DNA from: Deferribacterales bacterium
GTDB taxonomy: Bacteria; Chrysiogenota; Deferribacteres; Deferribacterales; Geovibrionaceae
Reading direction: 5' to 3'
Assembly (NCBI GenBank): GCA_050251875.1
Contig: JBFWMA010000001.1
Span: forward strand, 96,001-160,000
Length of the DNA stretch: 64,000 bases
The position numbers and the translations under genes were made by a program. Position 1 is the stretch's first letter, and every line of letters begins with the position of its first letter. Under the pieces are notes generated by a model. The model was not told the origin of the DNA and made no database searches. It saw nothing but the letters and a program-made list of their open reading frames with translations. Below, one piece after another: positions 53,754-63,202 of the stretch.

Positions 53754-54980
53754 TTGGGATTTGAAAAATTCATAGCGAAACGCTACCTGAAATCCAGAAA
53801 ATCCAACAGGATTCTTTCTTTCATATCAGGCGTATCCGTGCTGGGCATAGTGTTGGGCGTGGCGACTCTTATAGTCGTCATCAGCGTTATGAACGGTTTT
53901 TCGGACAACCTGAAGAAGCGTATTCTGGGCGCTAACGCTCACATAGTGGTGAACCGCATGGACGTGAGCCCCATCCATGAATGGCGTGAGGTTCAGAAAG
54001 AGATCGCCGGAGTTCAGGATGTTACCGGTGTTTCGCCGTTCATAATATCTCAGGTGCTGCTCACCAGCCGTGACAACGTGTCCGGCGTGGTTCTGCGTGG
54101 AGTAATCCCGCAGGACGAGATGAAGGTGACAGCGGTGGAAAAGTTTATCACCGAAGGCAGTTTTGACGAGCTGGGTGACGGGTCGGAAACGCCGAAAATA
54201 GCTCTGGGAAAAGAGCTGGCGGCTAATCTGGGCGTCATGGAAGGCGACAAGGTAACCATGGTGTCGCCTCTGGGAAAAAAAGGTCCGTTCGGCATCACTC
54301 CTAAGATGAAATATTTCGAGGTGTGCGCCGTATTCGACACAGGCATGTACGAATACAACAACACGCTGGCGTATGTAGATATAAAGACCGCTCAGGATTT
54401 CTTCGGGCTTGGCGACATCGTTTCCGGTTTCAGCGTGGGAACTACCAATTTCGACAGGGCGGAATACATCGCCTCCAAGATTCAGGATGTTCTGAAATAT
54501 CCCTACTGGTCCAGAGACTGGATCAGCATGAACAAGAGCCTCTTTTCCGCGCTTAAGCTGGAAAAATACGCCATGTTCATCATCCTGACGCTTATAATAA
54601 TAGTCGCTTCCTTCAATGTTATCAGTATGATAACCGTGACTGTGAAGGACAAGAAACGTGATATCGCCATCCTCCGGGCCATGGGGGCTTCCGAGGGGTC
54701 GATATCCGGAATATTTAAAAAACAGGGAATGATAATCGGCGTGACGGGAACTATCATAGGCAACGCTCTGGGGCTTGGCATATGTGTTGTTCTCACCAAG
54801 TTCAAGCTGATATCACTGCCCGCCGACATATATTTTATGGACAGACTGCCTGTGAAGATGGATGTATGGACTTTTGTTCTGGTGTCTGTCTGTTCACTGC
54901 TCATCACATACCTTGCAGGGCTCTTTCCCGCCAGACAATCGGCGAAGATGGATCCTGTGGAGGCTCTCAGAAGAGACTGA
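53754..54980 (+). CDS. Lipoprotein-releasing ABC transporter permease (LolC/E family, TTG start)
   Basis: IAKRYL, LGVATLIVVISVMNGF, IAILRAMGAS and DPVEALR motifs. Confidence 0.9.
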   Translation: MGFEKFIAKRYLKSRKSNRILSFISGVSVLGIVLGVATLIVVISVMNGFSDNLKKRILGANAHIVVNRMDVSPIHEWREVQKEIAGVQDVTGVSPFIISQVLLTSRDNVSGVVLRGVIPQDEMKVTAVEKFITEGSFDELGDGSETPKIALGKELAANLGVMEGDKVTMVSPLGKKGPFGITPKMKYFEVCAVFDTGMYEYNNTLAYVDIKTAQDFFGLGDIVSGFSVGTTNFDRAEYIASKIQDVLKYPYWSRDWISMNKSLFSALKLEKYAMFIILTLIIIVASFNVISMITVTVKDKKRDIAILRAMGASEGSISGIFKKQGMIIGVTGTIIGNALGLGICVVLTKFKLISLPADIYFMDRLPVKMDVWTFVLVSVCSLLITYLAGLFPARQSAKMDPVEALRRD

Positions 54981-54996
54981 TGACGGGAGGAGACTG

Positions 54997-55257
54997 ATGA
55001 AGCTGTCGATATATGTTCAGCCGGGAGCGAAGAAAACCGAGCTTCAGGGACTGCATGACGGCAGACCGAAGGTAAGGATAAGCGCCCCCCCTGTGGACGG
55101 AGCCGCCAACGAAGAGCTGGTACGTTTCGTGTCAAAACTCCTGAAAATATCCAAATCATCCGTAAATCTGATATCGGGACATACATCACGTTTAAAGACT
55201 CTGGAAATAGATATGGACGAACAGACGGTTCTGAAAATATTCGGTTCGGGAGGCTAA
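54997..55257 (+). CDS. DUF167 / YggU family protein
   Basis: VQPGAKK, APPVDGAANEEL and GHTSR.K. Start moved to ATG 54997 after GGAGG. Confidence 0.9.
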   Translation: MKLSIYVQPGAKKTELQGLHDGRPKVRISAPPVDGAANEELVRFVSKLLKISKSSVNLISGHTSRLKTLEIDMDEQTVLKIFGSGG

Positions 55258-55258
55258 A

Positions 55259-56086
55259 ATGAAAAAAATAATAGTCGTATTTATAATGCTGACCGCTCTC
55301 TGCGTATATGCCTTCAGCATCACGCCCGCCGGCAAGGCTTTTGACAAGGGAGTGAAAGCTCTGAACGACAACCAGCTTCAGGCGGCGAAAACATATTTTA
55401 ACGAGGCGATCAATCACGACCCGAAGTTCGCCAGGGCATACAGCTATCTGGCTCTGGTTCAGTCAAAGCTGGGCGAGACGGATGACGCCATTCTGAATTA
55501 TAAAATAGCTTACAAATTCGATAAAAAGGACGGGGCGACCTTGACTAACCTGTGCAGTCTTCTGGTGGAGAAGGGACAGAAAAAGAACGCCTATGAGGTC
55601 TGTACAAAAGCCATAGAGGTGAATCCGAAAAGCTATAAGGCGTATAACAACAGATGCCAGCTCTTTGTGGAGGCGGGGAGATACGACAGCGCCATAGCAG
55701 ATTGCAGTCAGGCGATCATCATAGACGGTCAGTATGTGACGGCGTATATCAACCGCGCCATAGCATACGAACACCTGAACCAGTACGAAAGGGCGGTGGA
55801 GGACTATTCCAGCGCCATCAAAATAAATCCGGCGAGCGCTCTGGCTTATAACAACAGATGCGTTGCCAACAGAGTGCTGAAAAAATATCCGCTGGCGGAA
55901 GCCGACTGTTCCAAAGCCATCGCTCTGGACAAGATGTTTGAGCAGGCATATCTGAACAGAGCGGCAGTGTATGAGGAACAGGGGCAGATGAAAGACGCCG
56001 CCGTGGATTACGCCTCATATCTGAAGCTGAGACCGGATGATGTATCTGTCAGAGAGAAGCTGAAGAGGCTGTTGGAGCAGAAATGA
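55259..56086 (+). CDS. Exported TPR protein
   Basis: Signal peptide; repeated AYNNR...AI.INP TPR units. Confidence 0.85.
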   Translation: MKKIIVVFIMLTALCVYAFSITPAGKAFDKGVKALNDNQLQAAKTYFNEAINHDPKFARAYSYLALVQSKLGETDDAILNYKIAYKFDKKDGATLTNLCSLLVEKGQKKNAYEVCTKAIEVNPKSYKAYNNRCQLFVEAGRYDSAIADCSQAIIIDGQYVTAYINRAIAYEHLNQYERAVEDYSSAIKINPASALAYNNRCVANRVLKKYPLAEADCSKAIALDKMFEQAYLNRAAVYEEQGQMKDAAVDYASYLKLRPDDVSVREKLKRLLEQK

Positions 56087-56700
56087 TAAAAGCGGTTCTT
56101 CTGGATTTTGACAACACGATGGTGGGAACGGAGACGGGCAATTTCACCGTTTTCAAAGAGATGATGCACGACAGATTCGGGCACGGTCTGAAACCGGAAG
56201 ACTATGACCATGTCAGCGGCAATACATGGAAATATATATTCAACTACCTGTCATACAGATACGGCAACGGAGCCACAGCTCAGGAGATTCGGGACGATTT
56301 CATAGAGCGTAAAAAGCGCTACTTCGAAAAGAATCCGCCGGATATAGCGAAAGGGCTGAACGATATTCTGAATATGCCGGTGAAGAGAGCCATCGTCACC
56401 GGGAGCTGTCTTCAGGAAGTGATGCTGTTCGAGCATATGATAGACCTGTCCAAGTTCGATGCCATAGTGACGGACGAGCTGACAGAGACGAGCAAGCCGG
56501 AACCGGGACCCTATCTGAAGGCACTGGAACTGCTGGATGTTCCGCCGGAAGAGGCGATAGCTCTGGAGGATTCCAGAATCGGTCTGAAATCGGCCAGATC
56601 AGCCGGGGTGCGTGCCGTCTTCTGCCGCCAGTTCGCGGATGAAGACCACAGAGACCTTGCGGATCTGACCGTTGATAATATGTCTTTAATCAGCCTGTAG
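56083..56700 (+). CDS. HAD family phosphatase
   Basis: DFDNT, VTG, KP.P.PY and LEDS..G motifs. Confidence 0.88.
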   Translation: MIKAVLLDFDNTMVGTETGNFTVFKEMMHDRFGHGLKPEDYDHVSGNTWKYIFNYLSYRYGNGATAQEIRDDFIERKKRYFEKNPPDIAKGLNDILNMPVKRAIVTGSCLQEVMLFEHMIDLSKFDAIVTDELTETSKPEPGPYLKALELLDVPPEEAIALEDSRIGLKSARSAGVRAVFCRQFADEDHRDLADLTVDNMSLISL

Positions 56701-56701
56701 A

Positions 56702-57319
56702 CTATTCTGCGCAGGCTTTTCCTGTTTCCGGATAGCTGTCCATGACGGGTTTCACCGCTTTTGCCAGCCAGTCGATAACTTCCGCCAGATGCGCCATGTT
56801 GGCGATTCCCTCGGCGTCCTCGCTCACCTCTCCTTTGCCCCTGCCGAAAGCGAAGTTCCAGTAGGTAGATCCCGGCACAAGCATGCGTGACAGATGAAAT
56901 GTGTGGTTGATGGTGTCGAACGCATGTATGGCGCCGCCTCTGCGCACGGCTACCACGGCTGTTCCCACTTTGCCTTTCAGAACGTTTCCGTTCGCCATGG
57001 ATACATAGCCCATTCTGTCCAGCAGACCTTTTGTCTCTGCCGTTACATCGGCGAAATATGTCGGCGAGCCGATGAGAACAGCGTCAGCCTTTGCCATTTT
57101 TTCAAATATGTCATTAAAGCCGTCAGCGCCCAGAGCGCACTGCATGTTTTTAGTCTTAAAGCAGCTCCCGCATGCCATACATCCTCTGAAAGCCTTGCCG
57201 CCTATGCGGATGTATTCTGTCTCCCACCCGTTGTTTTCCAGCCCTTTTGTGACGGTCTTCAGCAGAGTTTCTGTGTTGCCGCCGTTTCTGGGGCTTCCGT
57301 TGATAGCGATAGCGTACAT
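56702..57319 (-). CDS. Flavodoxin-family iron-sulfur flavoprotein
   Basis: GSPR.GGNT, CxxCxxCx7C, GSPTYF and RRGG motifs. Start moved to ATG 57319 after GGAGG. Confidence 0.88.
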   Translation of the reverse strand: MYAIAINGSPRNGGNTETLLKTVTKGLENNGWETEYIRIGGKAFRGCMACGSCFKTKNMQCALGADGFNDIFEKMAKADAVLIGSPTYFADVTAETKGLLDRMGYVSMANGNVLKGKVGTAVVAVRRGGAIHAFDTINHTFHLSRMLVPGSTYWNFAFGRGKGEVSEDAEGIANMAHLAEVIDWLAKAVKPVMDSYPETGKACAE

Positions 57320-57338
57320 TAGCGCCTCCTCGTTTTGC

Positions 57339-57413
57339 ACTTGCTAATTAAAAATAAACTACTACTATATTAAAAGCAAGTACGGTAAAAAAGTGCATGT
57401 ACTTACAAAAAGT
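57339..57413. promoter_or_regulatory. Probable divergent promoter/operator region for the HxlR regulator and flavoprotein
   Basis: Inverted repeat ACTTGCT (57339) / AGCAAGT (57375) and repeated AAAAAGT in the short divergent spacer. Confidence 0.35.
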
Positions 57414-57429
57414 ATAGTATAGGTATGAT

Positions 57430-57837
57430 ATGGGAAGCTGTAAGACAAAAGAGATAAACGGAAACAGATATAAGTGCTATTTCGAGCTGGCTATGTGCGT
57501 GCTTTCGGGCAAGTGGAAGGCGATTATCGTGTATCATCTGGCAGAGACAGGCGTTATGAGGTTCAGCGAGCTGAAGAGGTCTATGCCCGAGATAACCGAG
57601 CGCATGCTTTCCAAACAGCTGAAAGAGCTGGAGACCGACAGGCTGATCAACAGGCGCATATACAACCAGGTTCCGCCAAAAGTGGAATACAGCCTGACGG
57701 AGATCGGAGACAAACTGATACCCATTCTGAACCGTATGCGTGACTGGGGCGTGGAATATGAAGAATATATGGGGGCTGACGTGAGATATGCCTCTGAGGG
57801 ATATGAACAGCCTCCGGAAAAGACTCCGGCGGTATAG
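57430..57837 (+). CDS. HxlR/DUF24 family winged-helix regulator
   Basis: GKWK, RFSEL, MLSKQLKELE and VPPKVEYSLT motifs; N-terminal Cys residues. Confidence 0.92.
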   Translation: MGSCKTKEINGNRYKCYFELAMCVLSGKWKAIIVYHLAETGVMRFSELKRSMPEITERMLSKQLKELETDRLINRRIYNQVPPKVEYSLTEIGDKLIPILNRMRDWGVEYEEYMGADVRYASEGYEQPPEKTPAV

Positions 57838-57860
57838 AACCGCCGGACAAAACAGGTGTA

Positions 57861-58364
57861 TTAAGCTACGGTTATGGGGGATGAAGATTCCCACAGACCG
57901 TGGATGTTGCAGTAGCTCACTGCCAGAATAGTTCCGCTTTTCGCCAGTCTCAGCTTTACTGTTCCGCAGGGGTCGGAATAGCTGCCGCCTTTGTTTGCTC
58001 CCAGAACGGATTCACCGTGCGCTGTGAACTCGAATTTTCCAAGCTCTGTCACCGCTCCGCCCTCGTCCGCTTTAAAATAAACGGCTATCCAGTTGATGAA
58101 GTGTTCTGTGGTGTTGGGATGGGGAATGTCTTTGCCGACAGAAACTGTCAGCATAAAGGGTTCGCCCGCTTTCACACTCGCCGGAGCTTCGATAACAGGG
58201 ACATGTTTTTCTGTCTTGAAATCAGCTGTCTTAACAGTCTGTCCGAGTGTCATTTTTGTTCCTGCCGCATGTGCCGCCGTTGTTGTCACCGCGCCCATAG
58301 CGAGTCCTGCGCCCACTACTGACGCCTTTGCCAGAAGATCTCTGCGTGAAATTTTGCTGTCCAT
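57861..58364 (-). CDS. 1Fe superoxide reductase (neelaredoxin-type) with a twin-arginine signal peptide
   Basis: EKHVP, HP....H.I.WI and CNIHGLW ligand motifs; N-terminal SRRDLL, hydrophobic stretch and AHA. Confidence 0.88.
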   Translation of the reverse strand: MDSKISRRDLLAKASVVGAGLAMGAVTTTAAHAAGTKMTLGQTVKTADFKTEKHVPVIEAPASVKAGEPFMLTVSVGKDIPHPNTTEHFINWIAVYFKADEGGAVTELGKFEFTAHGESVLGANKGGSYSDPCGTVKLRLAKSGTILAVSYCNIHGLWESSSPITVA

Positions 58365-58378
58365 GGATTTACCTCCGA

Positions 58379-58428
58379 ATAAAGCGTTATGTAAAAAAAT
58401 ATATAACGCTTTATAAGGTGAACGTCAA
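58379..58428 (-). promoter_or_regulatory. Inverted repeat overlapping the putative SOR promoter
   Basis: ATAAAGCGTTAT-N12-ATAACGCTTTAT, with TTGACG on the minus strand at 58423-58428. Could alternatively be a terminator for the upstream gene. Confidence 0.4.
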
Positions 58429-58467
58429 TAAAAATTCTTAATTAGTCTTAATTATAATCTGGTTGTT

Positions 58468-59655
58468 TTAAAGTGCTCTGTCCGCCTCAGATCTGCTTCT
58501 GACGGCGCAGTCCTCAATGGCGAGCCCGCCGAAATAGTTTCCTGTGATGTATATGCCTTTGGCGTCTTTCAGCTTTTTGTCTATCAGTTTCACTATGTCA
58601 TCGTGACCTCTGCCCAGAGTGGGGCTCAGGTGCGTCACTGTCTCTGTCTTCACAAAGGCGTGTTTGGAAACTCCCAGAATATTCTCCGCCGCTTCCAGTT
58701 TCTGCTCATATGTCAGCCTGTCCGGCTTGAAGTGGATGGCGAATCCTCTGTATTTTTCGTCACGCACCACGTCTCTGGATACCACGGATGTGAAGGCGGC
58801 GTCCTGCGCCACGATAAAACTGAGCGTGTCCAGCTTTATGTCCTCTTTGTTTATGATGATGCCCATGGTCTCTACTTTTGCAGAGGGAATCTGGCGGAGT
58901 AGGGCGGATAATTCCTCTGAGGTTTCAGAAAGCAGCTTTCCGGCGATGGAAGGTGCGCATGCCAGTGTCACGTTTTCGGCGGAGAAAACCTCTCCGTTTT
59001 CAGATGTTACCGTATATATTCCGTTTTCCACGGAGATATGCTTTGCTCCGCATGATGTTTTTACTGTGATATTTTCGTTGTCGGCGGCTTTCCGGATGAA
59101 ATAGTTCATCCCGCCGAATATTGTAAAACTTCTGGGCATGGATTTGTCTTTCGGGCGTTTTTTCAGCATCATATCAGCGGGAAAATCGGAGCCCTCCTGA
59201 GATATAACAGCCTGAATCATGGGGCGGAACATGGTTTCATAGTTCCCTTTGCCCAGAAAAGATGAATAATACTCACGGACGGTTTTTCCCTCTTTTTTGG
59301 TGAAAAAAAGTTTAACACCGTTCATCATCAGCTCTGTTTTGTTCAGAACTTTTGTGATGGGGAGCAGTCCTCTGTCGGTCAGCATCTTGAACGGCTGTTT
59401 TACTCTGGGCAGAAAACGGCTGACGATGTTCACCCTCTTCATGTTGTTTATGTATGAGGCGTATGAGCTGTAGATGGTGTGTCCGCCCATCTCCAGCCAG
59501 AAATCATCGTGATGCATAGTGCTGAGACTGCCTCCTGTACGGTCGGAAGCCTCCATTACCAGCACTTTCTTTCCTTTTTCGGCTATGTTCTGAGCGAATG
59601 TCATCCCGCTGACGCCGCTTCCGATAACGATGAAATCATATTGAGCCATTTTCAT
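58468..59655 (-). CDS. FAD-dependent oxidoreductase, HemY-like (proto/coproporphyrinogen oxidase-like)
   Basis: IGSGVSG, E...R.GG, LE.G.HT, GGM and GNYFGGLAIEDC motifs. Confidence 0.65.
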   Translation of the reverse strand: MKMAQYDFIVIGSGVSGMTFAQNIAEKGKKVLVMEASDRTGGSLSTMHHDDFWLEMGGHTIYSSYASYINNMKRVNIVSRFLPRVKQPFKMLTDRGLLPITKVLNKTELMMNGVKLFFTKKEGKTVREYYSSFLGKGNYETMFRPMIQAVISQEGSDFPADMMLKKRPKDKSMPRSFTIFGGMNYFIRKAADNENITVKTSCGAKHISVENGIYTVTSENGEVFSAENVTLACAPSIAGKLLSETSEELSALLRQIPSAKVETMGIIINKEDIKLDTLSFIVAQDAAFTSVVSRDVVRDEKYRGFAIHFKPDRLTYEQKLEAAENILGVSKHAFVKTETVTHLSPTLGRGHDDIVKLIDKKLKDAKGIYITGNYFGGLAIEDCAVRSRSEADRAL

Positions 59656-59817
59656 CCCCTCTGTTTTAATAATGTCATTATAACCCTCAAGTCAATTTCA
59701 GGCAACCTTCAGCGGGAGTCAACAGTATTTACATCTTTTACATGTGCCTTACAACCTTAATGCCCGTTTTACAAAAATAGGGGTATGCTTAATTATAGGA
59801 ATAAAGCGGAGGCAGTT

Positions 59818-59898
59818 ATGACAAGGGTTCCGTGGCTGGTGCCGGTATACGCTTCGATATTCGTTTTTATATGTTTCGCCGCTATGCGTGCGATATGA
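59818..59898 (+). CDS. Putative 26-aa hydrophobic small protein upstream of nap
   Basis: GGAGG 5 nt before the ATG; MTRVPWLVPVYASIFVFICFAAMRAI*; below the ORF-track length cutoff. Confidence 0.45.
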   Translation: MTRVPWLVPVYASIFVFICFAAMRAI

Positions 59899-60023
59899 AA
59901 TGGCAATGACAACCTGCAGCAATAGATCCAACCTCTTTCGAGCCGCGCAAGAATGCGCGGCTCGAAACCGTTTAGAGGATGGAAAAGAGACAAATTCAAT
60001 GTTTTTTATATACGGAGGTATGT

Positions 60024-60398
60024 ATGGCTAAAAAGGTTATAGTTTTTGTTATCATGATGACACTCCTTGCTTTTGCGGGCGCTTATGCGAAGGGCAAGTC
60101 AGTTCATCCTGAGAAAATGGGCTCTATGGATTGTATGGAATGTCACGCTGATGTGACACCGGAGATAGCACAGCAGTGGGAGCACAGCGCTCACGGCTTT
60201 GTCGGTGTGAAATGTCAGGTATGTCACGGTGACGAGAAAAACTTTGTAAAAACACCCACAAACGACACATGTCAGGGCTGTCACGCTCTTCAGGTGGATA
60301 ACAATACATCGCCGGCAACATCCTGCGCAACCTGCCACAAGGCGCACAACTTCACCATACACAAAGCGCACGACTACAACCCCACAGATGTCAAGTAA
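60024..60398 (+). CDS. Periplasmic tetraheme cytochrome c (NapM-like)
   Basis: Signal peptide; CMECH, CQVCH, CQGCH and CATCH; directly before napA. Start moved to ATG 60024 after GGAGG. Confidence 0.85.
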   Translation: MAKKVIVFVIMMTLLAFAGAYAKGKSVHPEKMGSMDCMECHADVTPEIAQQWEHSAHGFVGVKCQVCHGDEKNFVKTPTNDTCQGCHALQVDNNTSPATSCATCHKAHNFTIHKAHDYNPTDVK

Positions 60399-60414
60399 GG
60401 TCAGGAGATAGAAT

Positions 60415-62805
60415 ATGATGAACATAACCAGAAGAAATTTCATAAAAGCCTCAGTAGCCACAGCGGCGGCGGCTTCCATCGGTCTGTCCGTGACACCGGA
60501 GGCGGAAGCTGTCCAGGCAGTGGATAAATGGGTCAAGGGCGCCTGCCGTTTCTGCGGAACGGGCTGCGGCGTGTACATCGGCGTTAAAAAAGGCAAGGTT
60601 GTCGCCATTAAGGGTAACCCGGACGCTCAGACTAACTTCGGTTTCCTCTGCGTAAAAGGTTTCCTCGCTTATAAATGTATGTACCACCCCGACAGGCTGA
60701 AAGCCCCCATGATCCGCCAGAAAGACGGCAAGTTCAAAGCCGTGAGCTGGGATCAGGCTCTCAACTATGTAGCGGATAAATTTAAATATCTTCATGAGAA
60801 ATACGGCAAAGACTCCGTGGCGTATTACGGCTCCGGCCAGTGTATGACAGAGGAGAGCTACACATTCAACAAACTTTTCAAAGGCGGCTTCGGGTCAAAC
60901 ATGGTGGAGGGAAACCCCCGTCTGTGCATGGCTTCAGCCGTGGGCGGATATATGTCCACATTCGGTTCTGACGAGCCGGTGGGATCATATGCCGACATAG
61001 AGAAGTCAAAATGCCTGTTCCTCGTGGGATCAAACACCAGCGAGTGCCACCCCATCATCTTCCGCAGGATCATGCGCCACAAGATGCAGAATCCGGATGT
61101 GAAGATAATCGTCTGTGAGCCCAGAAAGACATCCACCACAAAGATAGCCGACCTGTGGCTGCCTGTGGATCCGGGAACAGACCTGGCGGTATTCCACGCC
61201 ATGGCGAAATACATTCTGGACAACAACCTGTATGACGAAAAATTCATTCTGGAAAACACCAGAATAACCAACGGCAAAGATGTCACAGACATTGCCGGAT
61301 ACAAAGAATTCCTGAAAGATTTTACGCCTGAAAAAGTGGAAAAACTGACACGCTGTCCCGCTGAGAATATCAAGAAGGCCGCTGAGTGGTTCGCCAAAAG
61401 CGATGCCACCATGTCTATGTGGACAATGGGTCTGAACCAGAGAACGAGAGGCGTGTGGGCTAACAACCTGATACACAACCTCCATCTGATAACTGGTCAG
61501 CTCTTTAAACCCGGCGCCGACTCGTTCTCTCTGACAGGTCAGCCTAATGCCTGCGGCGGCGTGCGTGAGACAGGATCACTGTGTCACCTGCTCCCCGGAA
61601 CAAAACCGGTGAACAATGACGCGTGGCGGGCTCATATAGAGAAGGAATGGGGCATCCCCGCCGGAACTATTGACCCGAAACCCGGTTTTCACACCATGCT
61701 GATGTTCGATAAGTTCGGAGCGGAGAATGACGCATCCAAACCTATCAAGGCGGTTATAACATCAACCACCAACCCCGCCCAGTCTCTGCCCAACCTGAAC
61801 AAATATATCAAGGGCATGCAGGACGGATTTCTGGTTGCCATAGATATTTTCCCCACCAGAACCACACAGCTCGCTGATGTTGTTCTGCCCGCCGCTTTCA
61901 TCTATGAGAAGGGCGGAGTATACGGATGTTCAGAGCGCAGAAGCCAGCTCACAGAAAAATGTGTTGAGCCTGTGGGTCAGGCGAAAGCGGATATATGGAT
62001 CGCCGCTCAGATAGCCAAACGCATGGGTCTGGAAAAACTCATTCCCTGGAACACTGACGACACCATGAAAAATAACGAAATGGCGTGGACTGAATATATC
62101 CGTGTGACAAAAGACACAGACCACACACTTTTCGGCGCTCCCTATTCCAGAATGAAAAAAGAGAAAGCCGGAATCCAGTGGCCCTGTCCCTCCACAGACC
62201 ACCCCGGCACATATAAGAGATATGTGAAGGGAATGGATCCCATGTTCGAGCATGAGGCGTTCAAAGCCAAGTTCAAGATAGACGTGCCCGCCGACAGGAA
62301 GTATTACTTCTATATGGACGGCAAAAAAGAGGGCAAGGCGAATATCTTCCTGCGTCCCTATGCCGGAGCGGCTGAGACTCCTGACGCGGATTATCCGTTC
62401 TATCTGACAACAGGAAGGGTCATAGAGCAGTGGCACACAGGAACAATGACAATGCGTATCCCCGAGATCGCCAGAGCGCACCCCAACGGATATCTGGAGA
62501 TTCACCCTGATGACGCCAAAAAATACGGCATCATGGCAGGCGATATGGTGGAAGTGGTAAGCAAACGTGGAAAATCTGTCCTGCCGGCGCACATAGTGAA
62601 CGGCACTCTTCCCGGAGTTCTGTTCGTTCCGTGGCACGACCAGGCTATGGACAGGATGATAAACTTCGTGTGCAACGATGCTGTGGATGAAGGTTCTAAA
62701 GAGCCGGAATTCAAGATCGCCGCTGTGAAGATCAAAAAGGTTTCAGGTCCTAAAAATGTGGCCGAAAAGTATATAATCAGTGACATAAACTCTAAATTTT
62801 CCTAA
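60415..62805 (+). CDS. napA: Periplasmic nitrate reductase catalytic subunit
   Basis: Tat TRRNFIK; CRFCGTGC; NPRLCMASA; WTMGLNQ; SLTGQPNACG..RE; TTGRVIEQWHTGTMT; SKEPEFK. Confidence 0.95.
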   Translation: MMNITRRNFIKASVATAAAASIGLSVTPEAEAVQAVDKWVKGACRFCGTGCGVYIGVKKGKVVAIKGNPDAQTNFGFLCVKGFLAYKCMYHPDRLKAPMIRQKDGKFKAVSWDQALNYVADKFKYLHEKYGKDSVAYYGSGQCMTEESYTFNKLFKGGFGSNMVEGNPRLCMASAVGGYMSTFGSDEPVGSYADIEKSKCLFLVGSNTSECHPIIFRRIMRHKMQNPDVKIIVCEPRKTSTTKIADLWLPVDPGTDLAVFHAMAKYILDNNLYDEKFILENTRITNGKDVTDIAGYKEFLKDFTPEKVEKLTRCPAENIKKAAEWFAKSDATMSMWTMGLNQRTRGVWANNLIHNLHLITGQLFKPGADSFSLTGQPNACGGVRETGSLCHLLPGTKPVNNDAWRAHIEKEWGIPAGTIDPKPGFHTMLMFDKFGAENDASKPIKAVITSTTNPAQSLPNLNKYIKGMQDGFLVAIDIFPTRTTQLADVVLPAAFIYEKGGVYGCSERRSQLTEKCVEPVGQAKADIWIAAQIAKRMGLEKLIPWNTDDTMKNNEMAWTEYIRVTKDTDHTLFGAPYSRMKKEKAGIQWPCPSTDHPGTYKRYVKGMDPMFEHEAFKAKFKIDVPADRKYYFYMDGKKEGKANIFLRPYAGAAETPDADYPFYLTTGRVIEQWHTGTMTMRIPEIARAHPNGYLEIHPDDAKKYGIMAGDMVEVVSKRGKSVLPAHIVNGTLPGVLFVPWHDQAMDRMINFVCNDAVDEGSKEPEFKIAAVKIKKVSGPKNVAEKYIISDINSKFS

Positions 62806-62826
62806 GAGAGCATAAGTTACTTCTTT

Positions 62827-62863
62827 GCGCCCTTGTCTTCGGACGGGGCGCTTTTTTCTTTTT
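62827..62863 (+). terminator. Rho-independent terminator between napA and napD
   Basis: GCGCCCTTGTC-TTCG-GACGGGGCGC followed by TTTTTTCTTTTT. Confidence 0.8.
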
Positions 62864-62875
62864 AAGGAGATATCA

Positions 62876-63184
62876 ATGATATATTCAGGAAGCGTTGTCT
62901 ATGTGAATCCGGAAAACTGCGACGCGGTCAAAGAGACCCTGAAAAGATATGATGAGATAGAGGTTTTCGCGGTTTCGGACGACAGAAAACAGATAGTTGT
63001 CGCCATCGAGACTGAGGGCGACAGAGAGCTGGAAGACCTGTGCCGTGAGCTGAAGGGATATGACGAGATTCTGGAGATTGCCCACCATATATTCCATTTC
63101 GAGGAAGAGGTGGAGGAGATTCTTCAGGGAAGGAAAGTGCCTTCGCTGGACGGTTTTTCCAAAAGCTCAAGAAAAAAGAATTAA
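62876..63184 (+). CDS. napD: NapD chaperone
   Basis: SG.VV.V.PE...EV....IVV.IE pattern; follows napA. Start moved to ATG 62876 after AAGGAG. Confidence 0.8.
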   Translation: MIYSGSVVYVNPENCDAVKETLKRYDEIEVFAVSDDRKQIVVAIETEGDRELEDLCRELKGYDEILEIAHHIFHFEEEVEEILQGRKVPSLDGFSKSSRKKN

Positions 63185-63202
63185 CAGCGGTTAAACTGTA
63201 AT

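Noticed and set aside
54973..55000. 11-bp direct repeat GAGACTGATGA at the lolC/E-DUF167 junction
   Set aside because: Too short, with only 6 nt between copies. At most a micro-duplication providing the RBS and start.
60415..62805. Selenocysteine recoding or selenate/arsenate reductase identity for the molybdoenzyme
   Set aside because: No in-frame TGA. The ligand is Cys in RLCMASA and the motifs match NapA.
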